DNA of 64,000 nucleotides from Macrostomum lignano (Eukaryota), in assembly GCA_002269645.1 (NCBI GenBank), contig NIVC01000461.1, forward strand, positions 124,001 through 188,000, in the 5' to 3' direction. Below are positions 31,864-45,620 of this stretch, piece by piece (the first letter of the stretch is position 1; each line of letters begins with the position of its first letter). A program made the translations under genes and the position numbers. The notes beneath the pieces were generated by a model that was not told the origin of the DNA, did no database searches, and was given only the letters and a program-made list of their open reading frames with translations.

Positions 31864-34800
31864 GCCTGTCTGTCTGTCTGTCTGCCTGTCTGTCTGTCTG
31901 TCTGCCGCTCACCCGCGGACAGGCAGGCCTTCCTGAAGCGGTGCTGCATGGTGAGAGATCTCTTCTCGGGCCGGTCGGAAAACTGGAACACGGCGTGGAT
32001 TTCAAACTCGGCCACCCCGCTGACCCTCTTGGTGCACTGCAGGTTGAGCTGAAAGCCTGCGTCAGGAAATAAAACTCTTGATTATGATTGCTATGCAATT
32101 CACATGCGCGTACACTATTGTTAAAGTACATTCTCAGTCTGCCCCTGGGTCAGTAAAGAATGCTGGCAGCGCCGGGACTGCAGCTCATAAAATTGAATCG
32201 AGATAAGGAAGACTGGAGAACACAGTTGACAGTTGCAAATCTGTCTATTTTCAGGTGCTATAGGGGTTGTAGCCTACTGGTTAGAGCGTCGGACTCACGA
32301 CTGTAAGGTCGGGGGTTCGATTCCCGACTTTCTCGGAAAAAGTTGTGCCCTTGAGCAAGACACTTAACTCTCATGCATTGCTTCAGTTCACCCATCTGTA
32401 CCAGCATTAGCTGGGGTAATTGAGGGTGTGTGTGGCGACCCCCCCCCCCAGTCCTTGGACTGAACAGCCGTACGCAGCCTTCAGATGCGCCGCGCAATAG
32501 CTGCGGCTGAGCGGTCGGTTGCACATCTGGCCTAATTGGGGCAAGTGTAATAAGAAAAATCAAAGGCTTGTAGCTCCTGCGCCCAGTGCTTTAACCGATT
32601 GCCGTTTTGACAGGTAAACTTTAAACAATTAAATGTTTTCTTTTAGTTATGTAAAGCTAAAATTCTGCACCGCTACTTACAGTAGACGATAGGCATATTG
32701 TCACAATACTTGACTTACTGGACTCGGCGGCTGGAACAAAGCCGGTACTGGGCACCGTCAGTCTGGGATGCAGCAGCACTGATTGATTGTGCGATTGCAG
32801 TCCCATGAACTTGTACTGCACCTGGTGGGTTCAAATTAGAATGTTTGATTTGAGAGCGATTTAACTCTCGATGAAGGCATGTACAGCCGAAGCAGGTCGC
32901 TGAACTCGAGTTTCTTAGAAATGTGAAATTTTGCTTTTTCTAGCGCCGGATTTTTCTCAACTGAATTCGTCTATGGTGAAACCCCATTTACGGGGACAAC
33001 TAATATTGGTTTTGTCAGCCTAACTGAGAATAAAGCCATCCAAAGTGAGAATCCTGCCTACGCTGACTGCAAAGGGCCTGGCTGCGTGCAGCCTTAGTCT
33101 ATGGGCCATAGACTATAAAGGACAAGCAAAGTGATAAAAAGCCATCCAAAGTGAGAATCCTGCCTACGCTGACTGCGAGGGGCCTGGCTGCGTTCAGCCT
33201 AGTCTATGAGCCATATGAGTCTAGGATTTTAACTCTTTACTTTACTGTATCATCCAGTGTGTTCCTGTTTCCGTTATTCCGTTCAAGCTATTGGCTAGTC
33301 ATATGGCTCAGAAGCTCAGAAGGTATAAAAATAAAAGAGTACGACGCATAGACCAATCGATTCTCACATTGGATGGCTTTTTATCACTTTGCTTGTCCTT
33401 TATTGTCTATGGCCCATAGACTAAGGCTGCACGCAGCCAGGCCCTTCGCAGTCAGCGTAGGCAGGATTCTCACTTTGGATGGCTTTATTCTCAGTTAGGC
33501 TGACAAAACCAATACACTCGGGATGCGAAACGAGCCAAATCATGATAAAAAAGTTGGGAGCTCGTTTGAAAGCAGTGTTCTATGGCCATTCCAACTGCAA
33601 CTCTTGAGTCTAAAGAGGTGTGAGGGCAAATGACAAGCCTTCAACTCTTGTGCGAATGTGAAAAAATGTCGAGAAAGTGCAGCGTCTTTAACTGCAGATC
33701 AAACTATAACTCAGAAGAAGAAAGCCGAACAAGGATATTTGCTTTTCCTCGAGATGCACGAGAACGGGAGCGTTCGAGACAAACCCTACCAAATATTTTG
33801 GAGGTAAGAAAGAAAGAGAGCATAAATGAAAGAGAAAGAGAAAGAGACCATAAATGGGAGTGCACTCAACTTTGATGTTTTGAAAGCTTACATGTAGGGG
33901 TGATTTCGTGACTAAGCTGACACGAAAACGACAATACATCATTTTGCTACCTATTTTTAGATCGTTTGACGCATCCATGTTCGTTCACGCTACTAACCAA
34001 AGAGTAGTTGCAAAAATCAAAACAAGAGTGAACCATCTAGGGTTATAGTATCTGTAATTAATACCACAAAAAGTATGAATATCAGTAATGTTGTACCATA
34101 GACATTTTTGCCCAAGCTACACTTTCATAGCAGGGGGCACAGATCCTATTTACCTAAATGTGTCACTCCAGCCGTCTCCGAGACCCTGAAACCCCTTGAG
34201 TTAAAGTCATAGACACCAGCTGCTGCTGCTAATGCTTCCCAGCAGAAGCTTTAGTCTATGGTCTTAAACCCGGGGTTTTCGCGCTGCGGCCAGGCGGCTG
34301 AAGTGGCGCATCTAGGGTTTTACAGAATCTGTGAAGCCCACTTACTGCCATAGACAATTTTTTAATGTATAATTTTTGTCATTTTTATTCTTTGTTGTTC
34401 TTCCATGTGTATTTGTTAATTATAAATAAACTATTGAAATTTCCAATCGGATACTCGTAATGTTAAGCGGGCGTTAATGGTGTCTGTGGTGTTTAAGGGT
34501 ATCGTATAATAAAGCTTGAGATTTAGCTATGCAAGTTTGAATGACCAGCTCTAAACCCTAAGGCTTGCTTGTCTCTCGGTCGATAGATTATCGTGTTGTC
34601 TATGGCTCACAACCTGTGGTGTCCTCTACAGGCATGAAAAAAGCTGAAGTTTGCTTGTCTCCCAGTCAATAGTTTATCGAGTTGTCTATGGCTCACAACC
34701 TGTGGTGTCCTCTACAGGCATGAAAAAAGCTGAAGTTTGCTTGTCTCCCAGTCAATAGTTTATCGAGTTGTCTATGGCCCACAACCTGTGGTGTCCTCTA

Positions 34801-37186
34801 CAGGCATGACAAAAGCTGAAATTTGGTTGTCTCCCAGTCAATAGTTTATCGAGTTGTCTATGGCTCAACCTGTGGTGTCCTCTACAGGCATGACAAAAGT
34901 TAAAGTTTGCACGAACCCTTGTTGGCGGCAGGCCGTCCCTGGAGGCGGTGGCCCAGTGCACAGTAAAGCTGTTGATGCTGTTAGCCAGAACGATGCCAGA
35001 CCGGGACAGCGAGTTGAAGTAGATGCCAGACAGCAGGTGCCCGTCAGCAACGATGGGGAACCTGTCCGCTGTCAGGCGGTGCAGCAGCTGCTCCGCGCCG
35101 CCTGCGGATGAGTTGGGGAAGGAAATGGCCGCTGGGTGGCAGAGTTGGAGCTGTGACGTGAGAAGAGAAGTCAAGGAAGGGTCCATATGGGGGCTAAGGG
35201 GAGCTAATATGGGGGCTAAGGGAAGCTAATATGGGGCTAAGGGGAGCTAATATGGGGGCTAAGGGTGAGCTAATATGGGGGCTAAGGGGAGCTAATATGG
35301 GGGCTAAGGGGAGCTAATATGGGGGCTAAGGGAAGCTAATATGGGGGCTAAGGGGAGCTAATATGGGGGCTAAGGGTGAGCTAATATGGGGGCTAAGGGG
35401 AGCTAATATGGGGGCTAAGGGGAGCTAATATGAGGGCTAAAGGAAGCTAATATGAGAGCTAAGGGTGAGCTAATATGGGGGCTAAGGGGAGCTAATATGG
35501 GGGCTACGGGTGAGCTAATACGGGGGCTAAGGGGAGCTAATATGGGGGCTAAGGGTGAGCTAATATGGGGGCTAAGGGAAGCTAATATGGGGGCTAAGGG
35601 GAGCTAATATGGTGGCTAAGGGGAGCTAATATGGGGGCTAAGGGGAGCTAATATGGGGGCTAAGGGGAGCTAATATGGGGGCTAAGGGGAGCTAATATGG
35701 TGGCTAAGGGGAGTTAATATAGGGGCTAAGGGGAGCTAAAATGAAGGCTAAGGGTGGAATAATATGAGGGCTAAGGGTGAGCTAATATGAGGGCTAAGGG
35801 GAGCTAATATGGGGGCTAAGGGTGAGCTAATATGGGGGCTAAGGGGAGCTAATATGAAGGCTAAGGGGAGCTAATATGAAGGCTATTTTTTATTAGAGGC
35901 AGGGGGGTTGTGTGCACCCTGGCGCACTTTAAGCGTCATTGGCACACAACCGGCGAGAGGCATTACTGCCCATTCCGCCGACTCCCCTGAGCAGGCATAC
36001 AAGCGCGCGGATACGTACGCAGGCACACACTCACACAGGAGTGCACAGCGGCCCTAACTTTATTTTATCGTTAGGCATGTACACTTCACTGCGCCTTGGG
36101 GGGTTGGCTCTCAAGGCCGTTAATTGCACGAGCAGAGCCAAGTCGAGATTCCAATTCAGCCCCAAATTAATGTGACTGCACTGGGAATCGAGCCTGGGTC
36201 GCTGGCACACCAGAGCCTGCGCTAGACTGCTGGGCTACGGTCCCCCTAATATATAATGAGGGCTAAGGGGAGCTAATATGGAGGCTAAGGGAAGCTAATA
36301 TGAAGGCTAAGGGGTGCTAATATAAAGGCTAAGGGGAGCTAATATGAAGGCTAAGGGTGGACTAATATGAGGGCTAGGGTGAGCTAATATGGGGCTAAGG
36401 GAAGCTAATATGGGGGCTAAAGGGAGCTAGTATGGGGCTAAGGATTAGCTAATATAAGGGCTAAGGGAAGCTAATATGGGGGCTAAGGATTAGCTAATAT
36501 AAGGGCTAAGGGAAGCTAATATGGGGGCTAAGGATTAGCTAATATAAGGGCTAAGGGAAGCTAATATGGGGGCTAAGGATTAGTTAATATAAGGGCTAAG
36601 GGAAGCTAATATGGGGGCTAAGGATTAGTTAATATAAGGGCTAAGGGAAGCTAATATGGGGGCTAAGGATTAGTTAATATAAGGGCTAAGGGAAGCTAAT
36701 ATGGGGGCTAAGGATTAGCTAATATAAGGGCTAAGGGAAGCTAATATGGGGGCTAAGGATTAGTTAATATAAGGGCTAAGGGAAGCTAATATGGGGGCTA
36801 AGGATTAGCTAATATAAGGGCTAAGGGAAGCTAATATGGGGGCTAAGGATTAGCTAATGTAAGGGCTAAGGGAAGCTAATATGGGGGCTAAGGATTAGCT
36901 AATATAAGGGCTAAGGGAAGCTAATATGGGGCTAAGGATTAGCTAATATAAGGGCTAAGGGAAGCTAATACGGGGGTTTGAGAGACGGGTGCTGCAGAGG
37001 GTGTCACGTGAGCGCCAACTCACCTCTCGGCTTGCAGCGGGGCCGCAGCGGGTTTTTAGCGCTGAGCAGCATCATCTGTGAGATCACTGACTCAAGCATT
37101 TGCCGTTCAAACCAGACGTTCAACTCGCCGCTGCAAGCGACAGCCGCCAGCAGCAGGAGGAGGCTGAGGCGCAGCGGACCCGACAT
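30713..37186 (-). CDS. Secreted WIF-domain protein with polybasic C-terminal tail, 5 exons, 307 aa
   Basis: Exons 37186-37024, 35101-34917, 32821-32719, 32056-31913, 31041-30713 (924 nt, phases 1/0/1/1). Signal peptide [23 protein letters not shown]-like sequence ELNVWFE...FPIVADG...INSFTVHW...[30 protein letters not shown]...[19 protein letters not shown]...FRKAC aligns by eye to the WIF1 WIF domain, including both disulfide Cys. The tail is Arg/Lys-rich. Confidence 0.85.
31084..31903. repeat. (GCCT)n grading into (GTCT)n microsatellite
   Basis: Fills the last intron of the WIF-domain gene. Confidence 0.98.
32263..32560 (+). mobile_element. tRNA-derived CORE-like SINE (family A), copy 3
   Basis: ggggttgtagcctactggttagagcgtcggactcacgactgtaaggtcgggggttcgattcccgac...cttgagcaagacacttaactc. 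Confidence 0.8.
33004..33513. mobile_element. Foldback/MITE-like element with inverted arms of about 155 bp
   Basis: 33004-33160 is nearly the reverse complement of 33359-33513. Each arm contains a GTCTATGG-N-CCATAGAC palindrome. Confidence 0.8.
34590..34900. repeat. 86-bp tandem repeat, each unit ending in GTCTATGG
   Basis: GTCTATGG at 34598, 34684, 34770 and 34856. Confidence 0.9.
35188..36975. repeat. 22-23-bp minisatellite interrupted by a SINE
   Basis: Unit atatgggggctaaggggagcta; lies in WIF-domain gene intron 1. Confidence 0.95.
35885..36246 (-). mobile_element. tRNA-derived SINE (family B), copy 2, inside the minisatellite
   Basis: Reverse-complement match to 16898-17260. Confidence 0.8.
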
Positions 37187-37869
37187 CTCTAACTGTTTGA
37201 TGGACAACACAGTTTTTCCAGCCAGGTGCCTCAGCTGCTGCAGTCTCGCTGTCCATCTGACTTATGCGTTTGTGCGCAACACTGCCAGGGTTTGGGGTGG
37301 CCTCGGGCAGGGGGCGGAGGCTGCCCCCTCTCTCTCTAGCTTCTGTCCCTCATCGCGGTCACGTCCCGTTTTGGCGTAATGTGTGTCACGGCCTCTGCCC
37401 CCCCCTTCTGTGCAGCAGCAGAGGCAGCCAGTTTTTCCGCAGAGCCTTTCACCTGCAGGCGTTCAGGGAGTGGGGAGTGGGCGGCATTTTCCCAGTCGGT
37501 TTTTAGTCAATTTTATGCGCCGCCATTGCACTTCTTTTCGCCTGTCAGCTCAGCAGGCAGACATGAATGCAGATTGGTGGCGATAGAACTTTGTGTCTCT
37601 GAATGAGCGCAGCTTCATCTAATCGAGCCGGCGGCAAAACGTTTTGCCAATTGCATACCCTGCCTAAGACTGAACTGGCGAAAGCTTTCCGTTAGTCAGC
37701 TGAATGCGTCAGCGCTGCTTTTTCGCCGCGTTAATGCAGCTACTATTGGCGATCCGCTGCTGTTTATTAAGGTTTGCACTACTTATTAGTAGCGTGCAGT
37801 CCGGCTGCTGTCCAGCTGCTACTTGCCTGTTTTCCTCTCAGGATTTTCTAAGCGATTTTATTTTAAACG

Positions 37870-38490
37870 GGTTGTCAGGATTGCGGATTGGGGTGTCAGG
37901 ATTGCGGATTGGGGTGTCAGGATTGCGGATTGGGGTGTCAGGATTTCAGATTGAGGTGTCAGGATTGCGGATTGGGGTGTCAGGATTGCGGATTGGAGTG
38001 TCAGGATTGCGGATTGGGGTGTCAGGATTGCGGATTGGGGTGTCAGGATTGCGGATTGGGGTGTCAGATTTCTAATTGGGTTCTAATTCAGATCTGGCAA
38101 CTGTCGGAGTCTGAGACTGGGGTGTCAGGGTCGGAGACTGGGGTGTCAGGGTCGGAGACTGGGGTGTCAGGGTCGGAGACTGGGGTGTCAGGGTCGGAGA
38201 CTGGGCTGTCAGTGTCGGAGACTGGGGTGTCAGGGTCGGAGACTGGGGTGTTAGGATCGGATACTGAGGTGTCAGGATCGGATAATGAGGTGTCAGGGTC
38301 GGAGACTGGGGTGTCAGGGTCGGAGACTGGGGTGTCAGGGTCGGAGACTGGGGTGTCAGGGTCGGAGACTGGGGTGTCAGTGTCGGAGACTGGGGTGTCA
38401 GGTCGGAGACTGGGGTGTCAGTGTCGGAGACTGGGGTGTCAGGGTCGGAGACTGGGGTGTCAGGGTCGGAGACTGGGGTGTCAGGGTCGG
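37870..38490. repeat. Two adjacent related 21-bp minisatellites
   Basis: ggattgcggattggggtgtca followed by gggtcggagactggggtgtca. Confidence 0.95.
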
Positions 38491-39329
38491 TATGAAAAAC
38501 CGCAGCTACAACTGGTTTTGGAGTAGATTGGGAGTCTTGGGACAAGAATACTATAGCAGCAGCGTCCACAACAGGACACGGGGCAACGAGCAGCTTATCA
38601 TTGCTTACCCCAAGGCGAGCTCAGAGGAGACTCACAGAAACAAGGGAACCCCAGCGCTATCAATCAAAAGCTCGGTGGGTCACTCGGGCCGGAGCTGAGA
38701 AAGAAATGAAAGCAATAACTGCGCCCCTGCTCATTTTTTGTTCGAGTCGAATGGTCCGAAATTCCCAAGACCCGGCCGAGTCATTTGTCAGTCCGCGAGG
38801 CCCCGCTATACTCTGTGATTTGAAATTGGGCTCCACTGGACCGGTTTATTAAGTCGCGGCCCGGCCATGGCATCCCCAAGCCCAGTCATGCGGCATGAAA
38901 CTGAGCTGCCAGTCGCTTCTCGCTCAGTGAGAAATCTCTATGAATAAACAGAAAGCAAATATACAATTGAGAACGCCTGGTTAGTTGACATGTTTATGGG
39001 GGCCCCGCGCTCCAACACAAGGTGGAAATTTCCAGCAATGGAAAGCGATCCTCTGGGCGAAAAATTGATGAAGTTTAAACAGAGTGCTCGAGTTTCATAA
39101 CGCGCCTTTTTTCTCTGCTAAGCTGGAACGTGACTAGACAACAATTGGTGAGGCGAAATTTCTGACGCAGTTCGGATTTCCGCTGGCTGAATTTTATTTA
39201 TCATTTATCTCCCCAAGGGTTGGGAGTCGGGTTCTTGGCCGGGACAGATTTGGAGCCAATTCAGCAGATTGCTGAGAATCTTCAAGCAGGCATTGCGGTT
39301 GTGCGATGCTTAACACGTATAGAGGGTCA

Positions 39330-40075
39330 GGAAGAGGGAGATGAGAGAGATTAAGATGAGAAAGGGAGATGACAGAGATTGAGATGAGAGAGGGAGATGA
39401 CAGAGATTGAGATGAGAGAGGGAGATGACAGAGATTGAGATGAGAGAGGGAGATGACAGAGATTGAGATGAGAGAGGGAGATGACAGAGATTGAGATGAG
39501 AGAGGGAGATGACAGAGATTGAGATGAGAGAGGGAGATGAGAGAGATTGAGATGAGAGAGGGAGATGAGAGAGATTGAGATGAGAGAGGGAGATGAGAGA
39601 GATTGAGATGAGAGAGGGAGATGAGAGAGATTGAGATGAGAGAGGGAGATGAGAGAGATTGAGATGAGAGAGGGAGATGAGAGAGATTGAGATGAGAGAG
39701 GGAGATGACAGAGATTGAGATGAGAGAGGGAGATGACAGAGGGGAAATGAGAGAGAGGGAAGGTGAGAGAACGGGTCTGGAGATGAGAGAAGGGGGAGAT
39801 GAGATAAGGGGGGAGATGAGAGAAGGGCGGAGATGAGAGAAGGGGGAGATGAGAGAAGGGGGAGAATAGAGAAGGGGGAGATAAGAGAAGGGGGAGATGA
39901 GAGAAGGGGGAGATGAGAGAAGGGTGGAGATGAGAGAAGGGCGGAGATGAGAGAAGGGCGGAGATGAGAGAAGAGCGGAGATGGGAGAAGGGCGGAGATG
40001 AGAGAAGGGGGAGATGAGAGAAGGGGGAGATAAGAGAAGAGCGGAGATGAGAGAAGGGGATATCAGAGAGAGGGA
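39330..40075. repeat. GA-rich 28-bp and about 17-bp tandem repeats
   Basis: gagagggagatgacagagattgagatga; gagaagggggagatga. Confidence 0.95.
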
Positions 40076-40539
40076 GATGAACGAGAGAGGAAGACGAGAA
40101 ACAATGAGATGCAAGTAGCAGATGAAGATGAAGGGAAGACGGGGATCAGAAGGAGTTGGAGGCGGGTAGCTGGCCGGCAAAAAGCCAGATGAAATTCTGT
40201 CAAATCTCAACTGCTTCGAGCATCTCAAAGCTGTCCACAGCAGTTGCTAAATTTTCAGCGCAAGTCGGCAGTTTTGTCACTAAAAAAATTCAATTATTTT
40301 ATCTTAGTGCCGTTGAAAAAGGGAAATTGAATTGAACAAAAAACGGATACTCTGTCAACTGCAGGAGGCGGGCTGGCCCACTCGAGTTGGAAACTCAAGT
40401 TTTTTTAAGCGGCTTGTAATTAAGCCGAAAATGTCAGAGCCAGCCCTGCGAAAGCAGCCGTCTCTAGCCGGGCCCGACTCCCATTGGCTGGCCGAAATCC
40501 CCATATTAAGAAGGCCGGGCCCGACAGGCCGGAGCCGCC

Positions 40540-40619
40540 TTCGCCGAGCGAGATCCGGGACATTCAGACGCGGCCGAACTCGAAATCTGCCTTCGCTCGC
40601 CTACTGACACGCTGCTCAG
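40540..40619 (+). other. Possible non-coding first exon of the peptide-precursor gene
   Basis: Strong donor ctcag|gtgagt at 40619/40620 after a GC-rich stretch; could splice to the ccgcag acceptor at 45567. Not verifiable from sequence. Confidence 0.25.
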
Positions 40620-40729
40620 GTGAGTAAGCTATTTGTCTACCGATATGTTGAGTGAGCCTATTGAGCAAGAGCAACACTATATCGGTATGTAAATATATCC
40701 GGTATGTAATGATTCAGCCAAAAAAGGTG

Positions 40730-41200
40730 AGAGTGAGAGACAGTGAGGGTGAGAGACAGTGAGAGTGAGAGACAGTGAGAGTGAGAGACAGTGAGAGACA
40801 GTGAGAGTGAGAGACAGTGAGAGTGAGAGACAGTGAGAGTGAGAGACAGTGAGAGTGAGAGACAGTGAGAGTGAGAGACAGTGAGAGTGAGAGACAGTGA
40901 GAGTGAGAGACAGTGAGAGTGAGAGACAGTGAGAGTGAGAGACAGTGAGAGTGAGAGACAGTGAGAGACAGTGAGAGACAGTGAGGGTGAGAGACAGTGA
41001 GAGTGAGAGACAGTGAGAGTGAGAGACAGTGAGAGTGAGAGACAGTGAGAGTGAGAGACAGTGAGAGTGAGAGACAGTGAGAGTGAGAGACAGTGAGAGT
41101 GAGAGACAGTGAGAGTGAGAGACAGTGAGAGTGAGAGACAGTGAGAGTGAGAGACAGTGAGAGTGAGAGACAGTGAGAGTGAGAGACAGTGAGAGTGAGA
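40730..41200. repeat. 16-bp (gagagtgagagacagt)n repeat
   Basis: Direct repeat. Confidence 0.95.
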
Positions 41201-42309
41201 GTCAGCGAGAGCAGCACAATGAGACAGAGACAATGAAGGCTGAGATTATTGACCCAAAACCGAGGCTGACACGGACACAGAAAGTCGATACGAGCTGAAA
41301 ACACGAGAACCAGTGTTCAACCAGTTTGTGTTCGCGCAAAGAAGATGGAGGAGTCAGGTGCAGATGAGATCAAATAACAGAATGCATGATACAGAAACAC
41401 AGACACGCACACACAGACAGGTGTGCACAAATCAATGGGCTGCTGAGAACACGGTGCGCAAAGGCGCCCTACTATCAGATACGGCCTTTGCAGCAGCAGG
41501 CGCCTTGTAATGTGCTCAGAGCAGAATCCAGTGAACCGGTGATGGGGTATTTAGATAGGTGAGTTAATTAGGCTGCCTTAATTGCCCGGGCAACTAAGGA
41601 TGAAGCTTCGTTGAAATTCTGTTTATAAAAAAATAAACAAGACTAACTTTCTCGCCACCCTAAATTGAGTGGGTAGGAGGAGGGGGCTTCGCGTTGCCCG
41701 AGTTGATGAGGCTGTCAATCGCAGGAAACTGGCCCAGTTAAGGTGTGCTGAGAAGCAACTCGAGAGCTGTTTAATTAGCCCAGCTGTCAAAGCTAGCAGA
41801 TCCGGAATTCCTCAGGATGCGAAAGCCAGGACGGGTCGTTCTGTCGCATCCATCTGTTGGGGATGCTCCGCAGAGTGGAGGGAGATGGAGGGAGATGGAG
41901 ATGGAGGGATGGGTTGGAGGAGGCTCAGCGGCAGAACAAAACAGAGACAGTGCAAGCAGAAGCAGCAACAAATACTAAGGGCTGGATTTGGAGACCAGGC
42001 AAGCGGATGTAGACAAAAGAGTATACAAGTGCGGCCCGAGAGCGGGCTAAGACGGTGAGATTGAGTTCAGCATCAGATCCGAGCTCGTTGGCTCACAGCG
42101 CTGCCGCTTGCTGGTCATTTCCTTTGGGCTTCTGACGACTTCCTCTTTTGGTAGCAGATGAAGCAGCTGAAGCTGCAGGAAATTCCCGGCGCGAGAAGGA
42201 GGGCGACGGGGCAGGGGGGGGGCGCTCAGGTTTCATGGGGGAGCTTTGGACGGCAGGTTTCTCCTAGATAGCTGGGAATGCATTGCTGACTCTGGAATAC
42301 ATCACCATG

Positions 42310-42990
<681 letters not shown>

Positions 42991-43629
42991 TGCTAGCTCA
43001 CGAGACCGTCAGATGTGCCCCAATTCCAAAGTCAAATAGACTCTCCGCTCACTAAGCGGTTTCCAGCAGCGGTACTCGAAAGACAAACTGGGCGACCGAC
43101 TGACCGCTGCTCACCTGGCAAAAGGAATCCCGTTGAGTCATTTTTAAGCTGGCCAGTCCCGGGTTGCTGGGCAAGTTTGGGACCAACTCAGGTCGGAGCC
43201 CAAAAAAATTGAGAGTTTGAGTTTACATTTAGAAGTAGCTCGCCCCGTGCTCCACTGCGCGCTCAGGCGTGAATGAAACACCCGAAATTGACGGGGGCTG
43301 CGGTGTCTCCAAAGCATGCTGCTTAAAACACGACCCCGGCAACTAATGAAAGTTTTGGTGCAGAGCTGTCAGTCGGCCATGAGAGCTCCGGGCACAGGCA
43401 GAGATGGCTCGCGGCATCCGAGCAGTCTTGTCGCTTTGCCGCTGCATCCCAATCAGCACCCAAAACTGGGGCAGCCCCGGAAAGCCTTCTAAGCCGGGTT
43501 TAAAGCATTGGAAATCAAATTTTTTACTTATCTTTGGCCTTGAAAAATAATAGGATGCCGAGCCGGTCCGAAATGGCTGCTTTGCTTGGGAGCGGGGGCG
43601 GCGACTTCTGGCACTTCTAGGCTATGCTG

Positions 43630-43945
<316 letters not shown>

Positions 43946-45620
43946 TATCTCTCCACTCAGTGACTCCGCATGCAATGATTAGCATGGCAGCTCACTCCGA
44001 GGCCCCACTCAGATCAGCCTGAGCAGCAATCGGCAATCTGAGGCGTGACTCCGCATTCGCGGGCGGGCAGTGCGAGACGCCCAGCCTCACTGCAAATGCG
44101 CCTCTCGGTCGCTTCAGAATCATCGCTTGTATTGAACGCACGCAGCGGAGCAATCTCGGAAGTGGGGCCACACGGATAACCTTTGTCTCGCTCGAATTTA
44201 TTTGAATTCGTTTCCGCCAGGCTGGAACAATCGCTGTCGCGTAGCTGAGACCGGAATAGGAGAACTCATTCAAAGTCGGATAAAATAAACATAAAAACTT
44301 GCCCTCCCCGAACTCAACGAGTGCGAGAGCGGCAGGAAGCTGCATCTGCTCCGGCGGATTCTGCCAACAATGCCGCGCGGCAGACGACAATGAGATGATT
44401 CGCCGTCTTGGTTGAAAATTTCTGTAGCTCTGCTTTCTGTTAGCTTTTGTGTTTGTCCTGCCAGTCTCCGCGTCGGCCTCATCAAGAGTGTGCCAAGGGA
44501 AGAATGAGGAAGAAATCAAACATATGGGATTTTTGACAGAGGGGGGCGCAGTCTCAGTCTTGTCTGTCCCGATCTCCTCTCCTCACAATCCGGTCGGTGT
44601 CCTTAGAAAGTTTGGAAAGAAGAAGTTTTGTGGCCGGAAGTGGGGTGCATTGAGAAAATGATAAAACTGGCTGAGAATTAGCGGGCCAGAGGGGGTCCTT
44701 CTGGTCAGGCGCATTCACCAGCCCCGGATGCGGCGTGGGCCTGAGTGCGGGGTGGGGATGGCGGGCACAGGAGAGACTGGTTGGGCTGTGTGGGTTTTGC
44801 AGAAACTTCATCAACAGCGAGGAGGACATCCGAGCTCCTCCATGCATGACCCGCTCTCGGCGCGCCCCGACCCAATTTTGCTATAACTCCCAGCTGAAGA
44901 AAAACTAGGTCGGCTATGAGAAAGGTTAAGCTGAACAGATAGAGAATGGCCCAGCAGTAATGAGCTGTTATCTCGGGTTCGCTCGCAGCCCCTTCCTTCC
45001 CAGATCCCACAGCACCAACAGCCTCGGCAGCTGCGATCAGCCGCGCGGAAACATTATCTGCACCGATATGAGAGTTAAGGAGCCCCTCCTCCTCCTCATC
45101 CCTCTTTTTTTATAGAATCCCGCAAGCCAGTCAAACTGATTGAATTCGCTTAATTCCCCATTCGGCACTCGGCGAGTCCCGGCCGCACCAGACTTCAGCC
45201 TATAGCTATAGGCGGCAAGATTCGGGCTGCAGATTTTTAACTTGATCAATTTCTCGAATATGAAAGAAATGCGGGTCAGAGGAGAATCTCGCGGCTGAAC
45301 CAACCGACTTTTTTCGATTGCAATCTATTGACTTTTTTATTATACCAAAGCCGCAACTAATTTTGTGTATAAGTCAGCCCTTCAGATAAGAGGGCAGAGC
45401 CACGACCCATGATTCCCTGAGCGGGCACATTCCTTTGGGGCTTGCGTGCGTGAAAGTTGGTCAGGAGGTTATTGTGCGATTCCCTCAGGGCTCCTCTAAT
45501 ATTATATTATGCTAAGCCAGATTAAAAAATGATACTCTGACTGCCCAACTTACTGAAAATCCCGCAGGCGCTCTTACATCTCTACGACGCCAAAGAGGAA
45601 AGCTTTAAATTGCTCCGATA

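Noticed and set aside
41771-42175. Small minus-strand signal-peptide-like ORF and nearby exon-like segments
   Set aside because: TTG start, low-complexity sequence, and no consistent splice chain could be built.
43992-45010. Mid-length ORFs on both strands upstream of the peptide gene
   Set aside because: No domain, no codon bias and no phase-consistent exon partners.
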